From Amoebophrya sp. A120 (lineage: Eukaryota > Protista > Dinoflagellata): DNA of 64,000 nt. The position numbers were made by a program, and so were the translations under genes. Under the pieces are notes generated by a model that saw nothing but the letters and a program-made list of their open reading frames with translations, did no database searches and was not told where the DNA came from. Shown here in pieces: positions 23,701-34,600 of the stretch (positions are counted from its first letter, which is position 1; each line of letters begins with the position of its first letter). The stretch is from contig CAJINV010000002.1 of NCBI GenBank assembly GCA_905178155.1, positions 9,740,650-9,804,649 of the forward strand, written 5' to 3'.

Positions 23701-24867
23701 CACGACAGTAGAGAACGACCAGCCCCCCTCCGAAAAGGACCAGCCGACCGCACCGCTGCCGCCGGCGGCCGGGCACGGGCTTTACCGGCAATCCGCGGTC
23801 TTCGGCGAGACGGAAGCGCTTCTAAATTACGGGACGCAAATGATGGTGAAACTTCGAAAGCTCAGTAGCGACACTGGAACCACGCAGCATTTCAGCGAGG
23901 AAAGGTTTGGGAAGAAGGACATCGTTACGGTCGAGATATTCTCCGCTGGAGCGGATCCAGATAGTGTGTCTCGACCGGAGCCGGGAACAACCACGACGAG
24001 TTCCTTTCTATCCGAAGGAGAGGGAAGTGAGACCGAAAAAAGTACTGCTACAACCAAAAACCCGTTTTATTTCCCCGTTCCACCTCCGACAAAAAACGTG
24101 GACGTAGCAAGTTTTTTGACCTTTGACATTTTTGAAAACGTCGACCCCGACGAGGACAATATCCTGTGCAAAAGTAGTACAACTAGCGGAGTGGTGCTTG
24201 TAATTGCATTTGCAGCTATGCGCGAAAGACCCCTCTACTATGCCTGATCTAGCGTCTCAGCCTGCGTTTTTCACACTGAGGGAATTCGTGATCTGCAATT
24301 TAATGCTACGAGTGCCTTGCCATGTTACTTTTGCACTCCATAGAGGAGGCGGAGCATCAACTTGTACCGGTCGACGTGAGGAAAGTCGATCGTTTACCGC
24401 TGCAGCCAAGATTCGACATCCAGATTGTGCTGCCGGAGGGAATGACATGCAAGGTAAGCAAAGCAGCCGCGGAAAGTGCGGGGCAAGCAGCTTCCTCGTT
24501 CGTAGAAGATCGGCGGAACAATCCCGACGGCCAAAGTACCCCTCATGTTGTTCACAACGGCGAAGAGGACACGGAGAGGGATCACATTCCTAACACTGAC
24601 CGCCGTGGAAGCATGACGTTGGAAATGAATAGCAGTGAGCGAGAAACAGTGTACAGTCATCCCATTTTCCGTACGTACGCGGGTCTGAAGGGGATCTCGA
24701 GGAGAAGTCCTGCTTTGCGCGGAAGCAGCGCTGGTCGTCAAGCGGATCAGCGCGACGGAATGAAGACAGACAGGCTAAATCCGGAGGAGAAAACGCAGCC
24801 TCTGAAAGGAAGTCGTAAAGACTACCTACAGCAGCGAAACGTGGCACAACTGCTGGGCTTGGTTTAA
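17747..24867 (+). CDS. Paralog 3: M64-type metalloprotease / PAN-apple / split-TSP1 protein. Exons about 17747-19100, 19274-19690, 20016-21240, 21297-24159, 24348-24867.
   Basis: HELAHALFGLKDEY at 18788. Colinear with paralog 2 over most of its length. A frame change near 21240-21340 needs a short intron or an indel. Confidence 0.8.
19107..19269. mobile_element. Decayed introner-like intron
   Basis: Degenerate TIR (TATCCTGAATAAGATT...AATTTTTTCTGGGACA), internal TTTGTCATG, no clean DR. In-frame GT (19097 or 19103)...AG (19273) splicing is possible. Confidence 0.5.
19692..20011. mobile_element. Introner, family H (320 bp), DR CGAAG/CGAAC
   Basis: Imperfect TIR TACCAAGTGCACATATGTCGG / CCGACACATTCGCAGTGGATA. 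Removal gives PLE|HIDGSG, in frame with the ORF at 20046. Confidence 0.75.
24160..24342. mobile_element. Family C-like introner, reversed, with decayed DR (GACAA/GAGGA)
   Basis: TATCCTGTGCAAAAGTA...TACTTTTGCACTCCATA. Removing the element plus 5 bp restores the frame to AEHQ...DRLPLQP. Confidence 0.7.
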
Positions 24868-25681
24868 CTTTAAAGGAGAGGTTCAGGTTGCCGAAAAAAG
24901 AACATTTAACATTTTGATTTTCATAATTTGATTTCCGGCTTTGGCTTTCTTTTCAACGTAGAAGATGTAGATCGATCTTGTAGCCTATCTAAGTTTCAGT
25001 TTTTGTTTCTGTTTCTGTTTGTGTTTCCGAGAGATTGACAACTAGTATGCCTACAGAGAAAAACCAAAACGATAACGAAACCGAAACCGTCACAGGATGC
25101 ATGCTTGTGACGAAAAGTTCAAACTTCTTACCCGCGTCGAATTGTGCTTCACTTACTAGCTGGTGAAACTGAAAACGACACAAACGCAACACCAAAGTCA
25201 ACGTTGGATTTTTGGTAGATATTACAATGCGGATCATGAGCTTTCTCTTTCTGTGGCCTGTTCTTTTCAATTTCAGTGCGACAAAAAGTGGCGCGTTCAC
25301 TTTCTTGCAAGATCTTGTTTTCGATTCTGTTTTGGATCACAGGTTGTTACTAGGAGCGATGGTTCTGATCTTTTGATGCCTCTCTTTTTCCTCGTCGCAA
25401 TCGATCCCACTAGCACGTTCAGTTCTTGTCCGTTCGTGGTCCTTTTTGGTGCGCGTTTTTTCGCTTGTGCAATAGCCTTGTGCAGAGGCTCAGTGCGAAC
25501 AACTTCCCCAATCCCCTCGCAGTTCCCCCCAATGCTGGCAAGATGATGTTGATGATTGGTGATTCTGAACCTCAAACTCAAAGGCAAATATTAGTTTGAT
25601 TGCCTTGAAAAAGCATGTGCACCGATTTGCGGATACGAAAACGGTACGAAGCGAGATTTTTGCATCATACGATCAAGAAAA

Positions 25682-28600
25682 ATGTGCGCTATGAGACGAG
25701 GTGTTCTCCTCACACTCGCTTCACGAAGGCGACACCCGGCCTCCACGAGCGAGATTTTTGGAGCGCGTGCACGCGTTTTGGCGATGCTTCTTGTAAGCAG
25801 CGTACTACTTCAACTACCGCCGTCCTGGATCGCGAACGCGACAGACGGCACAGAAAACACGGCATCGACCAAACCAAATCGAGATCCTGATCCGTTCGAC
25901 CTCCCTCGGGAAACAGGTCCGTTTCGAAAGGCCCTGCACACCTTTGCACCCGAACCCGGCGGGTATGCGTATGATGACCTGCATGCTGCAGACACGCAGG
26001 CGAGAACGGTGCAGCGACCATCTCGCATTGCAGCCGCGCGGGGGGTTGAAGAGCACGAGCAGGTGACAACAGCGCAAATAAAGGTCGGGAGAAGGCACGC
26101 AGCAGCTGAAAATAGCGGTGCGGCTTAGGTTCCTTTGTACTAAGTGATGTTGCCGCCTAAGAAAGTATTGCTAGTATTTCCGCGCCTGGCGCAGGAACAC
26201 TTTAGGAGAACAGTAGCTGTCTCCGTGTGCTACTGTTTGTTCTTCGATTTGTTCTATACTGCAAGTTGAACCACCCTCTGTCATTCCGTTTGAGGACACC
26301 AAACATTACCGAAAACAAAGCACAGCCTCGCCAACTGGCATGATGATATCAATTTACTGCTACGTTTCTATCACTCAGGCACAGAGCAGATCACGTCGGA
26401 GGCGGTGGACAGGAGGAGCACATTGAACAGTGGCGCGCCTCCTTCCGTCCCCGCTGCTGCAACCACTGGAAGCGTCCAACCGGAAGATCCGCCCCGTGAT
26501 AGGTCCTTGACAAATACGACAGCGAGCAAACCCACCGAGCACTGCAAGAAACTTCTTCAGTACAGCACCACTTGGGTCAAGTGCGACGTTTCGGACCGTT
26601 TGCCGCGAAAAGTTTTCGAAATGCTGCACAAGCTTTCCCCATCGGAGTGTAGCCAGATTGACTGGCTCGTGCGGGAGATGCTTTTACTCCTTTCTGAGGA
26701 TGTCGCGGCGGCTCTGGATGCTGTGGATACCCGACTGCAGCCGTATTTTCCAAGCGGGAAAGAGCTAATCCTGTCCGGAGACACTAGCGTCCTTTTCCTG
26801 ATGGATTGTTTACGATCCCGTTTCTACGCTGCTGGAGTCGACGGAAGACACATAAGCAGAATCGGTATGCGGAGCAAGGTGTGTTTTTTCAGTGAAACCA
26901 GGCATGTGGACCCAATGCAGTTACTTGTCGCGAGGTTTGGCTTTGCTTGGGTTATAGGAAATTTGTTCGCGTGCTTTCCGCTGCCCGCCCCGACCAGAAG
27001 CTGGCTCGCCGTGGCTTGCCCCAAGCCCTTCGATTATGGGCGAGGCCCGCTCGGCCCGCGCTCTGCCCCTTTAAAATGGGCCCAGCCTTCTTTCGTCCGA
27101 TCTGCATTGATCTCGAGCCCATTGGCGGGCCCACCAATCTCCCCGCCGCGCAGCTTCGACGAAACAAAGGTAGCGGCGCCCTGCGCACCTCGGACAAGCT
27201 GGCAGGCCAGCACCTTCTCGCGCTGGCTTGCCCCTCCGCCCGGCTGCCACCCACTCTTGGCCCCGCCCGTTTTTGGCATAGGTGGCGCCGCGATGGGTGG
27301 CTCGTCTCCTTTGGCCAGTTTTGTCGCGGCCAGCGCTTGGGCTTATCTTCCTGCCTTCGGCCGTGGGCCCGGCCCCGGCCCAAGCCTATTTTCCTGCGCG
27401 CGTGGCGCGCAGCTATTGCTCGTAGAATACCCCCGGCCCGACTTTTTTTCGGCCCGTGCTGAAGCCATCCGGACGACGTGCACCTTCGTGGTTGCGAGCC
27501 ATCCGGATGCCGGAAGCGGTCCCGTTTTGGCCGGCTCGCGTTCTTGGTTGTTTCGTCTCCCCGCCCCGGCTTTTTTTCGGCCCGTGGGTGCTGGAGCCAT
27601 CCGGACGACGTGCACCTTGGTGGTTGCGAGCCATCCGGATGCCGGAAGCGGTCCCGTTTTGGCCGGCTCGCGTTCTTGGTTGCTTCGTCTCCCCGCCTCG
27701 GCTTTTTTTCGGCCCGTGCTGGAGCCATCCGGACGACGGGCACCTTTGTGGTTGTGAGCCATCCGGATGCCGGAAGCGGTCCCGTTTTGGCCGGTTCGCG
27801 TTCTTGGTTGTTTCGCCTCCCCGCCTCGGCTTTTTTTCGGCCCGTGTCTGTGCGTTGGAGCCATCCGGACGACGTGCACCCTCTTGGTTGCTAGCCATCC
27901 GGATGCCGGAACCGGTCCCGTTTTGGCCGGCCCGCGTTCTTGGTTGCTTCGTCTCCCCGCCTCGCCTTTTTTCCGGCCCGTGTTGGAGCCATCCGGACGA
28001 CGCGCACCTTCGTGGTTGCGAGCCATCCGGATGCCGGAAGCGGCCCCGTTGGTTTTGGCCGGCTCGCGTTCTTGGCTGCTTCGTCTCCCCGCCTCGGTTT
28101 TTTGTCGGCCCGTGTTGGAGCCATCCGGACGACGTGCACCTTCGCGCTTGCGAGCCATCCGGATGCCGGAAGTGGCCCCGTTGGTTTTGGCCGGCTCGCG
28201 TTCTTGTTTGCTTCGTCTTCCCCGCCTCGGCTTTTTTTCGGCCCGTGTTGGAGCCATCCGGACGACGCCCACCTTCGTGGCTGCGAGCCATCCGGACGCC
28301 GAAAGCGGTACCGTTTTGGCCGGCTCGCGTTCTTGGCAGGTTGTTGCGTCTCCCCGCCTCTGCTTTTTTTCGGCCCGTGTTGGAGCCATCCGGACGACGC
28401 CCACCTTCGTGGTTGCGAGCCATCCGGACGCCGGAAGCGGTCCCGTTTTGGCCGGCTCGCGTTCTTGGTTGTTTCGCCTCCCCGCCTCGGCTTTTTTTCG
28501 GCCCCTGCTGGAGCCATCCGGACGACGCTCACCTTCGTGGTTGCGAGCCATCCGGACGCCGGAAGCGGTCCCGTTTTGGCCGGCTCGCGTTCTTGGTTGC

Positions 28601-31600
28601 TTCGCCTCCCCGCCTCGGCTTTTTTTCGGCCCGTGTTGGAGCCATCCGGACGACGCTCACCTTCGTGGTTGCGAGCCATCCGGACGCCGGAAGCGGTCCC
28701 GTTTTGGCCGGCTCGCGTTCTTGGTTGTTTCGCCTCCCCGCCTCGGCTTTTTTTCGGCCCGTGTTGGAGCCATCCGGACGACGCTCACCTTCGTGGTTGC
28801 GAGCCATCCGGACGCCGGAAGCGGTCCCGTTTTGGCCGGCTCGCGTTCTTGGTTGTTTCGCCTCCCCGCCTCGGCTTTTTTTCGGCCCGTGTTGGAGCCA
28901 TCCGGACGACGCTCACCTTCGTGGTTGCGAGCCATCCGGACGCCGGAAGCGGTCCCGTTTTGGCCGGCTCGCGTTCTTGGTTGTTTCGCCTCCCCGCCTC
29001 GGCTTTTTTTCGGCCCGTGTTGGAGCCATCCGGACGACGCTCACCTTCGTGGTTGCGAGCCATCCGGACGCCGGAAGCGGTCCCGTTTTGGCCGGCTCGC
29101 GTTCTTGGTTGTTTCGCCTCCCCGCCTCGGCTTTTTTTCGGCCCGTGTTGGAGCCATCCGGACGACGCTCACCTTCGTGGTTGCGAGCCATCCGGACGCC
29201 GGAAGCGGTCCCGTTTTGGCCGGCTCGCGTTCTTGGTTGTTTCGCCTCCCCGCCTCGGCTTTTTTTCGGCCCGTGTTGGAGCCATCCGGACGACGCTCAC
29301 CTTCGTGGTTGCGAGCCATCCGGACGCCGGAAGCGGTCCCGTTTTGGCCGGCTCGCGTTCTTGGTTGTTTCGCCTCCCCGCCTCGGCTTTTTTTCGGCCC
29401 GTGTTGGAGCCATCCGGACGACGCTCACCTTCGTGGTTGCGAGCCATCCGGACGCCGGAAGCGGTCCCGTTTTGGCCGGCTCGCGTTCTTGGTTGTTTCG
29501 CCTCCCCGCCTCGGCTTTTTTTCGGCCCGTGTTGGAGCCATCCGGACGACGCTCACCTTCGTGGTTGCGAGCCATCCGGACGCCGGAAGCGGTCCCGTTT
29601 TGGCCGGCTCGCGTTCTTGGTTGTTTCGTCTCCCCGCCTCGGCTTTTTTTCGGCCCGTGTTGGAGCCATCCGGACGACGCTCGCTCACCCGGCGCCGCGC
29701 CTTGCGGCGGCGGCCCTATTTAAAGCCTAAAAAAATTATGGCCTTCGCCCTTTCCGGCACAGGCTTTCGCTTCTGGCTTCGCCCCGTTTTATTCTTCGTG
29801 AGTCTCTGTTGCATTGCGGCCGCCCACCTGGCGCACTTCCGGAATTGGGAGAAAGCTGGCGGGGTGTCACCCTTGTGCGCGAGACCTTTGCTGCGCTCTA
29901 ATTAGCGGCCGCGTCCAAGCTCTTATTTTCTTGGCCCGTTTTTGTGTCTTGCTTTTTGGTCTTACTTTTTGGTCTTACTTTTCGGTCTTACTTTTTGGTC
30001 TTATTTTTTGGTCTTATTTTTTGTTCTTACTTTTGTGTCTTACTTTTAAGTCTTATTTTTTTCTTTTATTTTTTTCGCCTAAAATAACTCTTACTTTTTC
30101 TCTTATTTCCCCAACTATTGCGCGCGCGGCCACGGGCCGGGGGGTCTTATTTTTTTTTTTATTTTTTCTCTTATTTTTTTGCGCACTGAAATCGCACACG
30201 AAATCGCAAAAAAGGCGCCCGCCAACTTTCGGGCCGTGAAAATAAGCCCGCCGATAGTGGGCGGAATAGGCGGCCTCAAGGACCCGCGGCCCGGCTCCTT
30301 GGCGCCGTCTTATTTTTCCCCGACTCTTAACATCACGAGGCCCGGGCGAAGGATGGCGCGTTCGCGTGGACCACGCCCCGGAACACCGCCCTGGCCCTGG
30401 GCACGCAGGGCGTGTTGCCTTTTCCCCCTTCAAGGCGGCCGCGGATTTCGCTAATTGTGTCCGGTGCCGCGCCCGCCTCTTTGTCCGGGGCGGGCGTGCC
30501 TGCCCGCTTGGCCTTTGCCGGAAAGCGGCCGTCGTTCTGCTTCGATGCCGACCCCCGGGCGGGTAGGCGCGCCATGTGGCCAACTTTGTGGCCGCTCTCG
30601 CCATGTGATGATCCGGCTGCTTGGGTCCCGGCTTTTGGCGCGGCCCGTAAAATTTTTAGGCGTTTTTTAGCAAAAGCCCCGCAGGGCGCGGCTCCGGGTG
30701 AGCTCGCCTTCGTGGCTGCGAGCCATCCGGACGCCGGAAGCGGTCCCGTTTTGGCCGGCTCGCGTTCTTGGTTGTTTCGCCTCCCCGCCTCGGCTTTTTT
30801 TCGGCCCGTGTTGGAGCCATCCGGACGACGCTCACCTTCGTGGTTGCGAGCCATCCGGACGCCGGAAGCGGTCCCGTTTTGGCCGGCTCGCGTTCTTGGT
30901 TGTTTCGCCTCCCCGCCTCGGCTTTTTTTCGGCCCGTCTTGGAGCCGTCCGAACGACGTGCGCCCTCGTGGTTGCGAGCTACCCGGATGCCGGAAGCGGT
31001 CCCGTTTTGGCCGGCTCGCGTTTTTGGTTGTTTCGTCTCCCCGCCTCGGCTTTTTTTCGGCCCGTGTTCGTTGGAGCCATCCGGACGAAGTGCGCCTTCC
31101 TGGTTGCTGGCCATCCGGACGCCGCAAGCGGTCCCGTTTTGGCCGGCTCGCGTTCTTGGCTGCTTCGCCTCCCCGCCTCCGCTTTTCTTCGGCCCGTGTT
31201 GGAGCCACCCGGACGGCGCGCACCTTCGTGGTTGCGAGCCATCCGGATGCCGGAGGCGGTCCCGTTTTGGCCGGCTCGCGTCCTTGGTTGTTTCGCCTCC
31301 ACGCCTCGGGTTTTTTTCGGCGGGCCCGTGTTGGAGCCATCCGGACGACGTGCACCGTCGTGGTTGCGAGCCATCCGGATGCCGGAGGCGGTCCCGCTTA
31401 TTTTGGCCGGCTCGCGTTCTTGGTTGTGTCGCCTCCCCGCCTCGGCTTTATTTTTTTCGGCCCGCGGCGTGCTGCCAGGGAGACAAGGGGCCACATTGGC
31501 GACGCCATCTGGCGACTTCTGTTGGCCGGCCCCGCCAAACCCTCCCGCCCCCCGACAGCGCAAACCGATCCGCGTGTGTGGTGCGCGCGCCGCGCCTTTG

Positions 31601-34600
31601 GGGGCTTCCTTGGCTCCGCTTGGGGCGGGGCCGTCCGTCTTTTGCGCCCGAGCGGATCGCTTGTGTCGCGCAGAATTTGCGCGTGCCAGCAGGAACAGTG
31701 CCCCCCCCCGAGGAAGCAAACAACTTGCTTCCCGGCGAAGCAGCTGGCTCCTCGCCGGAGCGGGCGCGCCCGATCAGCGCGAGGCGGACGGGGGAGGCAT
31801 CGCAAAGCGCAAGCGCCTTGATGTACAAAGTGCCCGCCCTTTTTTCGCAGCTCGTTCCGCCATTTCTTTGGCTTCGATATCGCACACCTACGAGAAGGCG
31901 GGTCGCGAACGGGAGGAGCTCTACGGCAAAAAGCCAACCATAAGCTTTGCGGAGGAGGACGTAGACGCGAGCAGTGGGGACGAGGGACATCTGCCGAACA
32001 ATATACGCTCGGGACACCTTGGCACCCCCGTGGTTTTAGACCCCTCGTCGCCCGCCTCAGGAATGAGTACGGAAGACATACCGAACAGAAAGGCGAAGAG
32101 CAAAGAAAGCTTCCAGATCGAATACCATGGTGACACCACCGCGAAGGAAACGCTTGAGTATTATTTGGACAAGACTCTGGAAGAGAAGGAAGCCAAAAAC
32201 CTACCCAGAATCACCGTCGAGCAGTGCCAGAATTGCCAGGTTCTGGAGGACCGGAAGGCGGGGCTGCAGCTGAAGGCTGCGATTGTCTATGTGGTGCTGA
32301 ATTTGAATAACAACGGACCGATCATACTGAAGGACTTGCTTCTCGCGCTCCACTGTGCTGACAAGCACTTGAAGTTTCCAGATAGTTACGACATCCTCGT
32401 CCTGTATCACGGCTTCAAAAGGTAGGAAAGCGATAAGATAATGAGACCAGATCACTTCCGCACGAACAGGCTGCATCACATTGAAACCTTGAGCAAGTAC
32501 AGTTTTCACCAGAGCGATAAGTAGCAATAGCCGGGCGGCCCTCGGTTGAATCTCGCATGGTTCGCTGCTGCACCCCGCCAAGACACGTAGAACAAAGCTG
32601 CGTGCGACTGGAGCAAGACGCCTGGGCCTGCATGGTTCGTCGATGCATGAGCGTGCTCAATATATAGCATAATTTTTTACACAGAAAGCTTCACAAGCGT
32701 CAGCAGCTCGAACTCCATCAGGTGGTGGAGATCGCACAGGGAAGATCTTCACGACGACAGAACATATAATGCGCGAACGGACGCTGAAGTGAGTCTTTTC
32801 CTAGAAATTTCATACCAGGAACCGGGATCAGTCGGAGCTCGACCTCCCGATCGAGCTGCGCTGGCTGAGCGACAACGCGCCGGTTCGGATTCAGCGAAAG
32901 ATGCAGTTCGTCCAGCTCCCCGATGACCAGGTGCTGGATATCGTAAAGAAAAATCCCCCCTCCCCATATTGAAAACGTATCCGGCTGAAAATTTGTGATA
33001 TCCGGCTGAAAATTTGTGAAGAAGCTAAAAAAATAGCAAAAAGCAGTACACGCAAGCAATCGGCTCTAGGCAGTTTTATATCGCCACAGGCCTGGCGACA
33101 ACGGCAGCATTTACCCCACTGGGTCCTTGCGCGGTTGTTTTCTTTTTATTCTTGCAGTTGGCCCAGCGGACGACAGGACAGGTTGACTTGAAACGGTGAG
33201 CATGCACCCACGGCGCGTTTCTTGTGGACCACGGCCTGTCCTGTGTGAGCACCTTCCAGCGACTACCCGGCGTTTGATATTACCACTGGTCTGGTAATCC
33301 GGACTCGGTCTTGGAAGGACCCCGTGTGGCGGTAGTCCTTGCTTTGCCGCTGTTTCCTTAGGTTCGTTTTCGTAGTCGTATCGTTCGTAGTACTACGTCT
33401 CTGTCAGCCTATTCCCTGCTCCCTCCTCTCCATGCTATACTAATTCTAATCTAATTTTAAGTTAAGCCTATCTTGCTATGCCCCGTAAGTTTGTTTCTTT
33501 TTTCTGTCTTTTTTACTGGGTCGCTGTGACGCCGTGCCTGCATGCACCACCAGAAGTGCGACGAGGTGCCAATCGTGTTTCCACATGTGCCATCAGAAGT
33601 GCATCGAATCACGAGGGTAGTGAGTGAATGTATTATTTTTTGATTAGCAGCATGCCTTTCTGCTCGTCGAGAACACCATGATAGTTGCCATGTCGCACAA
33701 AATTACTTGATGCAGTCACTTTGGCCCCGACATGGAAGCTGTCATGCTTCTGATGCATGCTAACGGTCCATACCCATCGCGCTTCTATGTGTGCTTGTTT
33801 TTCACTTCCATAAATCTATCTTGAAACAGAAACAAGATGAAGCTGCACTTTTCGCAAAAGCAGGCGCAGCAGTTGAAGCATTACGAGGAGCACGGCCGAT
33901 ATGCGTACCACATCGAGCGGGCTTGTGGTGCAGTTCTACTTCTCCAACTAGCTTCCACAAGATACACCAAGACTACGAGCGGAGCACTCTAGAAACAACT
34001 ACAAACCGAAACCGAAATACCTTCTGCACGGCGTTGACCAGTGCAGCACTATCCCTTGGCGGCGTGGTTTCCAGATGCTGTTCCGCTTCGGTCAAACTAG
34101 TGCACACTGATGCTGTCCTGCATTCACATTTCTTCCATTCCGGGCGTGCGAGTACAGATTCCTCATCGCATCACGTGTAATGCGATTTGTATGTCGTGAA
34201 TCTGCGTGCTCTGCTACATGCACTCCGGGTCCAGATGGATTTGTCATGCGGGACGCATAATATGTCGCCGCACTTCGTACGTGGAACGTCGTATGCAAGC
34301 GGTCACATGATGACGCGTTTTTGTTGATCGTCGGTAGTGCTCTTTTTTCGTTGACGCTAGCAAGAAGTAAGAACTCGCTCTCGCGTCTGACTTGCAACGT
34401 GTTTCTGTATTTTTTAAATATTTTTATTCGTCACAATTCGAAAAAAGAACTTCGTATGCAACTACTACATGATGATGCGTTTGCTGCCTTATGCTGTGCT
34501 CCTCTTCTTTGGCGATAGCAAGGCAATAAGATTTCATTCTCATGTCTGATTGGCAATATGCTCGTCATCTTGTCAGTATTTTTAAGCGTGAAAGCATGAT

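Noticed and set aside
27431-31465. 128-bp array as CRISPR, 5S rRNA or spliced-leader genes
   Set aside because: No unique spacers or cas genes. Only superficial similarity to the 5S 5' end (GGTTGCG.GCCAT), without internal boxes. No intact dinoflagellate SL (CCGTAGCCATTTTGGCTCAAG).
27343-31943. Long ORFs (400-755 aa) in several frames over the repeat region
   Set aside because: They result from a nearly stop-free 128-bp unit cycling through frames, and lie in a predicted intron. Only about 31851-32421 is a credible exon.
33560-33610. Minus-strand hammerhead ribozyme (CTGATGG...GAAAC)
   Set aside because: The core reads CUGAUGG rather than CUGANGA, is CUAAUGG in another copy, and stems I and III cannot be closed.
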